Of a stretch of DNA of 32,000 nucleotides, positions 23,707 to 32,000 are shown piece after piece. Origin of the DNA: Pyrobaculum calidifontis JCM 11548 (GTDB lineage Archaea; Thermoproteota; Thermoprotei; Thermoproteales; Thermoproteaceae). Under the pieces are notes generated by a model that was not told the DNA's origin, made no database searches, and saw nothing but the letters and a program-made list of their open reading frames with translations. The position numbers and the translations under genes were made by a program. Location of the stretch: contig NC_009073.1 of assembly GCF_000015805.1 (NCBI RefSeq), positions 1,530,001 through 1,562,000 on the forward strand, written 5' to 3'. The number at the start of each line of letters is the position of its first letter. Positions within the stretch are counted from its first letter, which is position 1.

Positions 23707-24054
23707 CTCTTCCACGACCATTTTGAAAAATTCGTCTTCTACGGCTATGGACAAGCCTTGACACCTCTGCGCAGCCTCTTTAAACGCCTTCGCCAGTCGG
23801 TAGTCCAAGCCAGTGACGCTGTCTTCGTCTACCTCCACCTCTGGCAGTATGACAGACATAAGGGCGATGTGGTACGCGTGGTACCGCGCCGCGTTTTTGA
23901 GCTCCTCCCTGAAATACTCGGAGTCCGCCAAGGAGAAGGACTTCTGCCTGTGCACCTCCGCCAACGCCTCCCTAATCTCCCTGGGGTCCCCACGCCTTAG
24001 TATTCCAACTATGTCCACGACGCTAGAGCTTCCCGCTTTTTTAAGATTATACAC
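23653..24054 (-). CDS. Hypothetical alpha-helical protein (121-133 aa)
   Basis: 133-aa ORF with protein-like, helix-rich composition. GTG 24018 is an alternative start that leaves room for divergent promoters. I recognise no family. Its 3' end overlaps the antiporter 3' end by 54 nt. Confidence 0.5.
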   Translation of the reverse strand: MYNLKKAGSSSVVDIVGILRRGDPREIREALAEVHRQKSFSLADSEYFREELKNAARYHAYHIALMSVILPEVEVDEDSVTGLDYRLAKAFKEAAQRCQGLSIAVEDEFFKMVVEELDALLRSLCAQPSVNSV

Positions 24055-24087
24055 TGTTGCCTTTTAATCCGCGGGGCCTAATTCCGC

Positions 24088-25056
24088 GTGCAGATTCGCA
24101 TAGATGGCCGCGTCGAGGAGGTGAAGACCATCGAAGAGTTAGAGCAATTGTGCAAGAAATTGAGGGAGGAGCTTCAAGGCGGCGGTTGTCAATACCACTC
24201 TTGGTACATAAGGGTGCCGCCTGACAGGCTTCTGGCCATACTTAAGAAGGCCTTTATGAAATATTCCCAGGGAGTGTTGGCCGTAAGCGAGGTGATCTCC
24301 GAGTACCTGGAGGAGAACAAATTGTCGAAGAGCTTGTCGCGGGTGATAACGCCGACTTTGAGCTCTCTGGGACTTATGGCCGGTGGAAAATTCACAGCGG
24401 CGGCCGTGGAGCTTGGGAGACTGCTAGCAGAGGGCAGGTCCGAGGAGGCTTTTGAAAAACTGCGCCAGCTGGTGATGAGGAACTGCGTCCTTAGAGAAGT
24501 GTTGGAAAACGTGGGCGACTGCGCCGAGCTGGAAAAGGTGGTGGCGTCGGTCTTGGCGGCTTATGGGAAAAGCGTCCGCTTTGATGAACTTAAGTATACG
24601 GCGGAGTTGATCAAACTGATAGAGCCGCGGTGCAGTGGGTGTGAGTTTAAGTGCGTGACGCCTGAGAAAATAGCCGCATGCACACAGCGGCTGGTTCAAA
24701 TAGCTACGCCTCACATGAGAGAGCTTTTCGAGAAGCTAGACATCTCACTACTCCCAGAGCACTTGGACTACGTGCAAATTGCCAGAGACGCGTACTCTAT
24801 AAATGTCAAAGGCACTGCAAAGCAGATCGGCATGTTGCTTATCGCGGAGCCCGTGGAGACCGCCGAGCCGCAGAGGCTGAAAAACACTCTGGCGAAGCTA
24901 GACGAGAAGATTGTGGAAGGCGTCTACGAGGTGTATGTCAAAATTGTGCCAATCATTGAAGGCGGGGGCGGGGGATGCAGATCGCTTAAGCTCCTAGTTG
25001 AAGTAGTCAGGGGGGACTTGGAGAGGGCGTCGAAGCTTGTAAAAGCTAGCTCTTGA
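24088..25056 (+). CDS. Hypothetical protein (322 aa), no recognisable domain
   Basis: Long ORF with a GTG start and a balanced, mostly helical composition. It contains CSGCEFKC and a GGGGGC run. I recognise no conserved catalytic motif. Confidence 0.6.
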   Translation: MQIRIDGRVEEVKTIEELEQLCKKLREELQGGGCQYHSWYIRVPPDRLLAILKKAFMKYSQGVLAVSEVISEYLEENKLSKSLSRVITPTLSSLGLMAGGKFTAAAVELGRLLAEGRSEEAFEKLRQLVMRNCVLREVLENVGDCAELEKVVASVLAAYGKSVRFDELKYTAELIKLIEPRCSGCEFKCVTPEKIAACTQRLVQIATPHMRELFEKLDISLLPEHLDYVQIARDAYSINVKGTAKQIGMLLIAEPVETAEPQRLKNTLAKLDEKIVEGVYEVYVKIVPIIEGGGGGCRSLKLLVEVVRGDLERASKLVKASS

Positions 25057-25864
25057 TCACGTGGGTTGTTTCAAAGGTCCTCACGGCGAAAAGCCTCCCC
25101 CTGATGTAGGCCCGCACCTCTACGTAGGGCGCAAGGCCCGAGGTGGCGATCTTCTTCCCCAAAACCACGTCCACTTGAAATATCCCAGTCTCATTTGACA
25201 TATGCACATTTATAGCCAGCGGCCTGGCGTCGTTTGGAGCCAGCTCCACCTTTTCAATGGAGAGCGCGCTTAGCGCGTGTATGTCGTTTTTCCCCGCCCT
25301 GTAGGGGTAGCGCGCCCTGCCGCTACTCATGTCTGTGCCATCCGCGATTTTTGCGCATGCCGCCTCAAAGGAGAGGCACGTGAACTCTTCGTCGTGGCAA
25401 AACACCGCGTGCATGACCTCCTGCTTCAGCATATACATCTTCTCCCCCTCGCCGTAGACCTTTGACAAGATCTTCTCAGCAATTCTGTCTGTGAGAAGCG
25501 CCGAGTATATGGGGTGGTGAGTGCGGTGGACTGAGTTCCCAATGTCGTGGAGAAACGCGCCCATGAGAGTTACGACCATGGAGTCTTCAACGTCGCCGAC
25601 TCCATCGGCCACAACGCTGGGCCTAAACCCCTTCTCCGTTAGAATTTTGTATATTGCGAGGGCGCTCCCCGACACAATCCTAGAATGCACAGGGCCGTGG
25701 TCGTTGTACTTCAAGCGCTGGACTGCAAAGACGTTGGCCATCTTCAAATAAGCGGATACCTCAACATCGCTAGTCAAGAGGTCCCAAACAGCCCTCACCT
25801 TGCCGCTGTTCGGCAGAACCTGGTCAATGAGCTTGGGCCCAACCTCGTACACAGATTTTAACAC
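25046..25864 (-). CDS. HD-domain metal-dependent phosphohydrolase
   Basis: H...HD signature: NDHGPVHSRIV ... GAFLHDIGNSVHRTHH ... FCHDEE. 272 aa. The GTG start lies 20 nt downstream of the TATA at 25884-25891. Confidence 0.75.
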   Translation of the reverse strand: MLKSVYEVGPKLIDQVLPNSGKVRAVWDLLTSDVEVSAYLKMANVFAVQRLKYNDHGPVHSRIVSGSALAIYKILTEKGFRPSVVADGVGDVEDSMVVTLMGAFLHDIGNSVHRTHHPIYSALLTDRIAEKILSKVYGEGEKMYMLKQEVMHAVFCHDEEFTCLSFEAACAKIADGTDMSSGRARYPYRAGKNDIHALSALSIEKVELAPNDARPLAINVHMSNETGIFQVDVVLGKKIATSGLAPYVEVRAYIRGRLFAVRTFETTHVIKS

Positions 25865-25883
25865 GTTAACAATTACGAGGAGG

Positions 25884-25895
25884 TATAAAAACGCT
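25884..25895 (-). promoter_or_regulatory. Composite stop / T5 terminator / TATA junction (minus strand AGCGTTTTTATA)
   Basis: On the minus strand the rpl15e TAA is followed directly by GCGTTTTTATA. The HD-gene GTG at 25864 lies 20 nt downstream. This is the same 12-mer as at 12981-12992. Confidence 0.45.
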
Positions 25896-26464
25896 TAAGC
25901 CGTGGAGGTACCCTTGAGCTTGGGCAACAAAGTCTTCTTCAAGTGTTCAATTAGCTTTCTCTGCCTCTCCCTCAGCCTCCTTGCCAGCCTTCTGCGAGGC
26001 ACCTCCCTGCCGCAGATTCCGGAGTACAGCGGGTCCCTCTGGATAGTGGGCTGGTTGCAGTCTATGAGGATTACCTCGAAGTAGCGGTATATGCCGTCGT
26101 CCGCGACCCAGTAGCTGTTGAGAACCTCCAAGCCTGGGAACTTCCTCGCCGCCCTCTCCTCTGCCACCTGGCGCCACGACTTCCAAGCAGTGATGCCGTA
26201 GACGCCCATCCTCTTCGGCCTTCTACCCGAGTCTGGCCTCCTCCTGTTGAAAGGACCACGTATTAGCCTAACTCTTGCAACCACGACGCCTTGCTTAGGC
26301 TTGTAGCCAAGCTTCCTAGCTCTCTCGAGCCTAAACGGCCTCTCCACTCTTACGATAGCCGGCTCTTTCCTCCACTTGATCAACACGCTCCGCATTAGCC
26401 GCTCATGTACTTCTCTGCCGACTTTGCGATACCACATGGCCATGTACTGATAAGCCGAGGGCAC
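25895..26464 (-). CDS. rpl15e: 50S ribosomal protein L15e
   Basis: MPSAYQYMAMWYRK...KPKQGVVVARVRLIRGPFNRRRPDSGRRPKRMGVYGITAWKSWRQVAEERAARKFPGLEVLNSYWV is the characteristic eL15 sequence. Confidence 0.9.
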   Translation of the reverse strand: MPSAYQYMAMWYRKVGREVHERLMRSVLIKWRKEPAIVRVERPFRLERARKLGYKPKQGVVVARVRLIRGPFNRRRPDSGRRPKRMGVYGITAWKSWRQVAEERAARKFPGLEVLNSYWVADDGIYRYFEVILIDCNQPTIQRDPLYSGICGREVPRRRLARRLRERQRKLIEHLKKTLLPKLKGTSTA

Positions 26465-26482
26465 AGGCCACCTCAGCCGCTA

Positions 26483-26514
26483 GTTTAAATAGTTTTCGCG
26501 TTCAAATTTATTTA
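26483..26514. promoter_or_regulatory. Divergent promoter region for rpl15e (minus, CTATTTAAAC) and cutA (plus, CAAATTTATTTA)
   Basis: The AT-rich boxes are centred about 23 nt from GTG 26464 (-) and about 25 nt from ATG 26534 (+). Confidence 0.45.
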
Positions 26515-26533
26515 CTCAAACGGCCCTCCTCAC

Positions 26534-26842
26534 ATGTACACCGCTGTATTAATAACCGCGCCTAGGAAGGACGCGGAGAAAATCGCCAGACACCTCCTAG
26601 AGAGGAGAGTAGCCGCATGCGTCAATATAGCAGACGTGAAATCCTTGTACTGGTGGGAGGGCAAGATCGAGGAGGGCGAGGAGGCCCTACTGATTGTAAA
26701 AACTTCCACCGATAAGCTGAACGATTTGGTCAAAGAGGTGAGGGCCGTCCACCCGTACCAAGTGCCGGAGGTCGTGGCGCTTCCCATAATCGGCGGGTAT
26801 AGGGAGTACTTAAGCTGGGTGGAGAGGGAGACCCATGCCTAG
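26534..26842 (+). CDS. cutA: Divalent-cation tolerance protein CutA
   Basis: 102 aa. The string ...AACVNI..VKSLYWWEGKIEEGEEALLIVKT...HPYQVPEVVALPI is the canonical CutA1 pattern. Confidence 0.85.
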   Translation: MYTAVLITAPRKDAEKIARHLLERRVAACVNIADVKSLYWWEGKIEEGEEALLIVKTSTDKLNDLVKEVRAVHPYQVPEVVALPIIGGYREYLSWVERETHA

Positions 26843-28070
26843 CGTCCTCTGGATACTCTTCGACGGCGGAGGCGACAGGCCAAACGGCGGCAAAACTCCG
26901 TTTCACGTAGCCTTTAAGCCAACGATAGACTACCTCACGTCGCTGGGCTCCTGCGGCCTCTTAGACCCCATATCGCCGGGGGTCAGGCCGGGCTCTGACA
27001 CCGCCCACCTCGCGCTCTTTGGCTACGACCCCTACAAGTACTACACTGGGAGGGGGGCCTTCGAGGCGCTTGGCGCCGGCATAGAGCTTAGGCCAGGCGA
27101 CGTGGCCTTCCGGACTAACTTAGCCACAGTGGACAGCTCCGGCGTGGTGATAGACAGGAGGGCCGGCCGCTACATAGCGCCCGAGGAGACGAGGGCCGTG
27201 GAGGAGGTCATGGCCAAAATAGGCGACGAAGTTGCAAAGAGGTACGGGGTAGAGGTGGTGTACAAGTCCACCGTCGAGCACAGGGGTGTGCTAGTGCTGA
27301 GGGGCCCGGTGAGCCACAAGGTAAGCGACACAGATCCGCACAAGGTAGGCATGCCCGTGGCCAAGGCGGCTCCCCTGGGCAACGACAGAGAGGCCGCTCT
27401 CACTGCCGAGGTGGTCAACTACATCACTGCCCGCTTCACAGAGGCCGCGGGTGGCCTTGAGATAAACAAGGCCAGAGCCGCCAGCGGCAGGCCCCCCATA
27501 AACGCGATATTGCTCAGGGGAGGGGGCTACATGCCCGCCATTGAGCCCGTGGCAGAGAAGTACAGAGTCAAGGCGGCCGCCATAGCTGGCGTCGCCTTGA
27601 TAAGAGGGGTGGCCAAGGCGGTTGGAATGGACGTATACACAGCCCAGGGCCTCGGCGGTACAAAAGACGACGTGTTTGACCACGCCGTAAAACTCGCAGT
27701 AGAGCTCATGGGCAAATACGACGTGGTCTTTCTACATGTGAAGGGGACCGACTCCACAAGCCACGACGGAGACTTCCAGGGGAAGGTGGCAGTGATAGAG
27801 CGTTTGGACAAGGCGCTGGCGCCCTACTTAGACCACTTGTTGAAGAACTACTTCATAGTGACCTCAGACCACGCCACCCCTGTGTCAATACGTGAGCATA
27901 CAGGAGAGCCCGTGCCGCTAACGTTATACGGACCTGACGTGGTCCCGGACGATGTGGCGAAGTTCTCCGAGCTCACGTGTTGGAGGGGAGCCCTTGGGAG
28001 GCTGAGGGGCATCGACATAATGCCTATACTGGCCAGCTACTTGGGCCTCTCTGAGAAGTTCGGAGAGTGA
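26835..28070 (+). CDS. apgM: 2,3-bisphosphoglycerate-independent phosphoglycerate mutase, archaeal type
   Basis: 411 aa. It has the N-terminus ILFDGGGDRP, HVKGTDSTSHDG and TSDHATP, which are metalloenzyme-superfamily motifs typical of ApgM. It overlaps cutA by 8 nt. Confidence 0.85.
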   Translation: MPSVLWILFDGGGDRPNGGKTPFHVAFKPTIDYLTSLGSCGLLDPISPGVRPGSDTAHLALFGYDPYKYYTGRGAFEALGAGIELRPGDVAFRTNLATVDSSGVVIDRRAGRYIAPEETRAVEEVMAKIGDEVAKRYGVEVVYKSTVEHRGVLVLRGPVSHKVSDTDPHKVGMPVAKAAPLGNDREAALTAEVVNYITARFTEAAGGLEINKARAASGRPPINAILLRGGGYMPAIEPVAEKYRVKAAAIAGVALIRGVAKAVGMDVYTAQGLGGTKDDVFDHAVKLAVELMGKYDVVFLHVKGTDSTSHDGDFQGKVAVIERLDKALAPYLDHLLKNYFIVTSDHATPVSIREHTGEPVPLTLYGPDVVPDDVAKFSELTCWRGALGRLRGIDIMPILASYLGLSEKFGE

Positions 28071-28333
28071 TACCGCTCGCCCGCCTCAAGAAGGCGCTTG
28101 AGGAAGTAGGCGGTTACATATGGTTCTACATAGAGCTGGAGCCTTTTAGGACGGTCTACACCCTGGCCCTCTGCGGCGGCGCGCCCTGCGTCGTTGTGGC
28201 GGGGCAAGATATGTCTCCTGTGCAGATGTCCATAGAGGAGTACCTCAGGTTTGAGACGGATAAGAGGAGGCTGGAGAGCTTTTGGTATACTATCCGGTAC
28301 CTGTTAGACAAAGTCTATGCGCACTCTACGTGA
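28067..28333 (+). CDS. Hypothetical small protein (88 aa), coupled to apgM
   Basis: The GTG start overlaps the apgM TGA (GTGA). The protein begins MIPLARLKKALEEVGGYIWFYIELEPFRTVYTLALCGGAPCVVVAGQDMSP... I recognise no family. Confidence 0.45.
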   Translation: MIPLARLKKALEEVGGYIWFYIELEPFRTVYTLALCGGAPCVVVAGQDMSPVQMSIEEYLRFETDKRRLESFWYTIRYLLDKVYAHST

Positions 28334-28921
28334 CAGCCTAGCCAACAGGTGTGCGGCTACAAAGAGCTTTCTCTGCTTTAGTGAGTCGGCCCTTTTCACA
28401 GTGGCATATGGGTAAAACCCCGACACGGCTATCCTCTCGGCGCCCATGTAGTAGGCCAGGTAGACGGCCCTGTCGCCGTCTGTGAAGCCCGATATGTTGA
28501 AGGTACAGCCCCTCGGCCATGTCTGCACTGTGTACACCCAGTCCCTCTTTGGTACTCTCCAGTAGTTGTCTCCGTGGACGTGCGCCACGACCACTCTCCC
28601 GGCCCCAACCCACTCTGGCTCAAAGTCCAAGTCTGTCACAACGACATCTGGCTTGATGCCCCTCGTCGCCAGCTTTCTGGCCGAGTAGCCCTCCACGGCC
28701 ACTACCACGCTTCCCCCCACTACTTTTTCAAAGGGCGGCATGTAGACCACCGGCTCTCCCCAGTCGAAGTCCTTCAATACCCCAATGTCGACTCCCTCAA
28801 GCGATGCGGCGGTGCGGGTCGCCTCTTCGTCTCTGTGAAATGAGAGCTCTGGGAGAAGGCTAATCGCCAGCGATCTGACGTACGCCCACTCCAGTGGGTC
28901 AAAGATCGCCGGCTTGCACAT
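28304..28921 (-). CDS. DUF115/MptE-like protein (putative 6-hydroxymethylpterin diphosphokinase)
   Basis: 205 aa. The motifs VVVTDLDFEPEW and VVAHVHGDNYW resemble the TDLDGD / HAHGDN motifs of the archaeal MptE family. The start lies inside the 3' end of the upstream MFS gene, a 23-nt overlap. Confidence 0.55.
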   Translation of the reverse strand: MCKPAIFDPLEWAYVRSLAISLLPELSFHRDEEATRTAASLEGVDIGVLKDFDWGEPVVYMPPFEKVVGGSVVVAVEGYSARKLATRGIKPDVVVTDLDFEPEWVGAGRVVVAHVHGDNYWRVPKRDWVYTVQTWPRGCTFNISGFTDGDRAVYLAYYMGAERIAVSGFYPYATVKRADSLKQRKLFVAAHLLARLSRRVRIDFV

Positions 28922-30044
28922 GCCGAGTTTCAGGCAGGAGGTAGACGAGGGCGGCGGCTAGGGCCCACAGCGACGCGATTACGGCCATGGCGTTTATCCC
29001 AATGAGGGGGTAAAGCGTGGGCCCAATGATCATGCCCACGCGCGCCGCAGAGCCGGCGATGCCCATGGCGGCGCCTCTCACGGCTGTGGGGAAGAGCTCC
29101 GGCGTGTAGGCATATATCACGCCCCACACGCCGAGGTTGAAGAAGTTCAGTGCCAGCGCCCAGAGGAAGAGCTCCGTACTTGACACACTGTTTGCGAAGA
29201 GCAACGCGGCGAGGGCTGAGACTAGGAAGTAGGCCGCGGCGGTGGGCCTTCTGCCGATTTTCTCTACCAAGTACGCCGCTGAGAAGTAGCCTGGCAACTG
29301 GGCGAGAGTTGTGTAGAACATAAACTGGTAGGTGCGGACCTCCGTGAACCCCCTCTCCGTGGCCAATATGGTGGGTAGCCAGAGAAATGCGCCGTAGTAC
29401 CCAAAGGCCAGGGCAAACCACACGGCAGACACCACGGCGGCTCTGCGGATCAGCTCGGCAGTCAGCCGCGCCTCCGCCTTGGTGGCCCACGCGGGTGACT
29501 CGGGCAGAGTCCGCCTAATTACAAACACGTAAAAGGCTGTGAGGCCTAGCAGTAGAAGGGAGGCTCTCCACCCTATGCTGGTGAACAGGAAGAGAGACAC
29601 CGCTGCGGCCGCAATTGCGCCAAGCGACCAGAAACTCTCGAGCAAAACGACGTTTCTCCCCCTCTCCTTAGGCGCCGAGCTCTCTGAGACGTAGGCGGCG
29701 ACGACGGGCAACTCTCCGCCAAGGCCTAGCCCGGCGATTAGCCTGAGGATGGCCAAGTCTGGCCATGTTCGTGAAAACGCCGACAGAGCCGTCGCTACGC
29801 TGTAGATCAATAGCGTCGTCATAAATACGGGCCTCCTGCCTACCCTGTCCGAGAGTCTGCCGAAGAGTATGGCGCCTATTAACATGCCCAGGTTGTTGGC
29901 AAGCACCACGATGGCTCTGGCTTGTGTATCAAGTCCCAGATCCTTGGACGCGGCAACGAGGAGGTAGGACAGTATCAACACGTCCATGGCGTCGAACATC
30001 CAGCCAAGGCCGCTGAAGACTATGAGCTTGAACGCGGACGTCAT
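28899..30044 (-). CDS. MFS transporter (metabolite/sugar-porter-like)
   Basis: 381 aa, 10-12 TM spans, and the MFS signature loop FGRLSDRVGRRPVF. Confidence 0.8.
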   Translation of the reverse strand: MTSAFKLIVFSGLGWMFDAMDVLILSYLLVAASKDLGLDTQARAIVVLANNLGMLIGAILFGRLSDRVGRRPVFMTTLLIYSVATALSAFSRTWPDLAILRLIAGLGLGGELPVVAAYVSESSAPKERGRNVVLLESFWSLGAIAAAAVSLFLFTSIGWRASLLLLGLTAFYVFVIRRTLPESPAWATKAEARLTAELIRRAAVVSAVWFALAFGYYGAFLWLPTILATERGFTEVRTYQFMFYTTLAQLPGYFSAAYLVEKIGRRPTAAAYFLVSALAALLFANSVSSTELFLWALALNFFNLGVWGVIYAYTPELFPTAVRGAAMGIAGSAARVGMIIGPTLYPLIGINAMAVIASLWALAAALVYLLPETRHVQAGDL

Positions 30045-30796
30045 CCCTTCAACACCACGTCGACGCCCTTAGCCTTTAGAAATTCCACGACCTCGCTCCT
30101 CGTCGGGTTTTTCACGTTTTTTCGAAACAGTATGGCCCTCCTAATGGGCACAGTGTGTTTCTCATAGGCGCGCCTCACCACGTCCAGCGTTATCTCGACG
30201 TACTTTGGCACAATATGGCCAACGTCAATGTCGCCTTTGAGCACCAAGTCGCCCACAGTCGTATAATGCAAGTCGCCTATAACCATCGTAGGCGTAGCCT
30301 CGACGCCGCCCTTTACCGCTTCCTCGAGAGCGGCTTGGAGGAGGCCCACGGCCCTCCGGCTGTTCCACTCCGCCTCTGTGCTCCCCACCTCAAGAAAAGT
30401 GGCTGAGACGGCCGAGGTATTTGGCGGGTGGTGCGTGGCCTCTATCGCACAGTCGAACGGCTCCTCGGCGACTTTACACAAGGCCCTATACAGCGACGAG
30501 ACGAGGCGGGGGTTAGAGACAGAGACGTCGGGCCACGCGCCCGGCGTGTGGACTGTCAGAAAGGGCTTGGGGTTGGCCATCTCATGACGCGATATGAAGA
30601 TGGCCCATTTCCCAAGCGATGCCAAGACCTCCTCTGCTCCAAACTCTACGGGGTCTCCTCTGTGTATTACGACTGGCATATCTCTGTACTTCCTCACCTC
30701 TACATTTCCCACGGTCTTTAGAAGGGGCATGGGGCCTGTCACATCTAAAAAAGTTCGAGAGACTGGGTCCCCCATAGACAGTACTAAGACGTACAC
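30041..30796 (-). CDS. dtdA: D-aminoacyl-tRNA deacylase, archaeal type (DtdA)
   Basis: The ORF track gives 30041..30937, but that N-terminus overlaps the upstream gene. In-frame GTG 30796 gives MYVLVLSMGDPVSRTF... The motifs FISRHEM..LTVHTPG, IEATHHPP, FLEVGSTEAEW and VGHIVPKY match the DtdA family. Confidence 0.8.
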   Translation of the reverse strand: MYVLVLSMGDPVSRTFLDVTGPMPLLKTVGNVEVRKYRDMPVVIHRGDPVEFGAEEVLASLGKWAIFISRHEMANPKPFLTVHTPGAWPDVSVSNPRLVSSLYRALCKVAEEPFDCAIEATHHPPNTSAVSATFLEVGSTEAEWNSRRAVGLLQAALEEAVKGGVEATPTMVIGDLHYTTVGDLVLKGDIDVGHIVPKYVEITLDVVRRAYEKHTVPIRRAILFRKNVKNPTRSEVVEFLKAKGVDVVLKG

Positions 30797-30825
30797 GCGG
30801 GGGACTCGCTGGTCGTAAAAAAGTT

Positions 30826-32000
30826 TTACTTCTTTAAAACGTCCTTGAACTGCTCCCTTAATACTTTCTTGTCTATCTTCCCGGTCCCGGTCAGCGGCAA
30901 CTGTTGCACGAAGATGACCTTGTCTGGGAGCCACCACTTCGGTATCTTGCCCGCCTCTACGAACTTTTCGAGATGCTTAATTATGTCCTCCTCCTTAGCC
31001 GAGGCGCCGGGCTTTAAGATGACCACAGCCACAGGCCTCTCTCCCCACATCTCGTGCGGGACTCCTATGACGGCCGCCTGGGCTACCGCCGGGTGAGTTA
31101 GGATTAGGTCTTCCAGCTGTAGCGACGATATCCACTCGCCGCCGGACTTTATGACGTCCTTAGCCCTATCCACAATTCTAACGCGGCCATCTGGCTGCCA
31201 TATGGCCACGTCGCCTGTGTGGAACCAGCCGCCTCTCCACGCCTCTCTAGTCTTCTCGGGGTCTCCTAAGTACTCAGGCGTGACCCAGGGCGCCCTTACC
31301 ACAATTTCGCCCATTGTTTTGCCGTCGCGGGGCACTGGCCTTAAGTTCTCATCGGCTACCATTAAGTCGACCAGCGGAATAGGCAACCCCGTGGCCGTCA
31401 GCAGGTGGTAGTACTCTTCTACGTCTTTTGGAATCTTCTCCGTGGGCTTGAAGAAGCCCAGCGTCAGTATCGGCGCAGTTTCAGTCATTCCGTATCCGAC
31501 CCTGGGGATAAAGCCGGCCTCTTCGGCCTTCTTAGCCAGTTCCTTAGGCAGAGCCGCCCCGCCCACGGTGAATATTGGCCTTATCTTCCTAACCTTCTCC
31601 ACGTACTTTGGAAAGTCTGGATGCGTCAAGATCATGTACAACATCGTAGGCACCCCGGCCAGGGATTTGACGTTCTCCTCGGCTATGAGCCTAGCCGTGT
31701 GTCCAGCGTCAAATCTTCCGGGGTACACCTGGCGCCATCCAAGCAATGCAAATGTCCACGGGGTGCCCCAGCCGTGCACGTGGAACATGGGCACTAGCTG
31801 TAGAAATGTGCAAATTTCCTCTACACACTCGGGCCGTGCAAAGCCTCTAAACCCCGCAAATGCGAGCGCAGAGACTAGCGTGTGTAATGTTAGCGCCCTG
31901 TGTGTAAAGTATGCGCCCTTGGGGCGGCCCGTGGTGCCGCTTGTGTAGCCAATTGTCGCGACTTTGTCCTCGCTTATCTCTGGCAAGGGCTTTGGCTCGC
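30826..32000 (-). CDS. AMP-dependent acyl-CoA synthetase/ligase; N-terminus lies beyond the right edge
   Basis: AMP-binding motif [13 protein letters not shown]. Downstream motifs YGMTET, GWFHTGD and a C-terminal GKIDKK are present. The frame stays open upstream of the track's TTG at 31986 (...[13 protein letters not shown]), so the gene is 5'-truncated by the window. Confidence 0.85.
   Translation of the reverse strand, partial: EPKPLPEISEDKVATIGYTSGTTGRPKGAYFTHRALTLHTLVSALAFAGFRGFARPECVEEICTFLQLVPMFHVHGWGTPWTFALLGWRQVYPGRFDAGHTARLIAEENVKSLAGVPTMLYMILTHPDFPKYVEKVRKIRPIFTVGGAALPKELAKKAEEAGFIPRVGYGMTETAPILTLGFFKPTEKIPKDVEEYYHLLTATGLPIPLVDLMVADENLRPVPRDGKTMGEIVVRAPWVTPEYLGDPEKTREAWRGGWFHTGDVAIWQPDGRVRIVDRAKDVIKSGGEWISSLQLEDLILTHPAVAQAAVIGVPHEMWGERPVAVVILKPGASAKEEDIIKHLEKFVEAGKIPKWWLPDKVIFVQQLPLTGTGKIDKKVLREQFKDVLKK

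Noticed and set aside
23875-23895. RYHAYH string (Rx4H) in the 133-aa helical ORF, reminiscent of the HEPN RNase motif
   Set aside because: A six-residue match in an otherwise unalignable protein is not evidence. There is no adjacent nucleotidyltransferase or antitoxin partner, and the position and context of the motif do not match the HEPN families I know.
26494-26510. GCGTTCAAATTTA, which resembles a tRNA T-loop (GGTTCAAATCC)
   Set aside because: There are no flanking complementary stems or acceptor arm. It is part of the AT-rich divergent rpl15e/cutA promoter.
30575-30605. 8-bp perfect inverted repeat GGCCATCT...AGATGGCC with a 15-nt loop inside dtdA
   Set aside because: Inverted repeats of 8 bp with short loops are expected several times by chance in 32 kb. 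This one lies within well-conserved coding sequence.
1-32000. Search for CRISPR repeats, IS elements or transposases, integrases, prophage genes and rRNA/tRNA genes
   Set aside because: Reading through the window, I saw no periodic direct repeats, terminal inverted repeats with a transposase ORF, or integrase-like ORFs. The gene content is core-metabolic and syntenic-looking.

Overview
This window is a gene-dense, GC-rich archaeal chromosomal segment, most likely from a Pyrobaculum-like member of the Thermoproteales. The lineage call rests on archaea-specific genes (ribosomal protein L15e, ApgM, DtdA, an MptE-like kinase, a PAE2307-family protein). It also rests on AT-rich TATA boxes sitting 20-26 nt upstream of start codons, which implies leaderless mRNAs, and on many 1-23 nt gene overlaps. 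I call about 33 CDS, mostly housekeeping. They include a MacB-like ABC pair divergent from an MMPL/RND exporter, a TtuA/NcsA-type tRNA thiolase, ValRS, a DUF1998-type helicase, two MFS transporters and a Fur-like regulator with an aldo/keto reductase. Also present are an FAD oxidoreductase, succinyl-CoA synthetase sucCD, an aminotransferase with threonine dehydratase, AlaX, a cation/proton antiporter, an HD hydrolase, L15e, CutA, ApgM, DtdA and a truncated acyl-CoA synthetase. I saw no CRISPR array, transposase, integrase, rRNA or tRNA. The one sizeable non-coding gap (13486-13811) holds a GC-rich element with a 14-bp perfect hairpin, a terminal helix and CR-I/CR-V-like strings. My best guess is a minimal (type T-like) RNase P RNA, but this is unproven. 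Other points worth a second look are catalytic or ligand substitutions in otherwise conserved enzymes (TtuA-like Cys to Asp, AlaX Cys to Asp, a HAD lacking both motif-I Asp, helicase DExH to DDFH). There are also several small Cys-rich, Zn-ribbon or wHTH ORFs translationally coupled to unrelated enzymes, one of them below the ORF-track cutoff, and an orphan gene pair at 23.6-25.1 kb. I found no convincing evidence for a wholly new multi-gene system.
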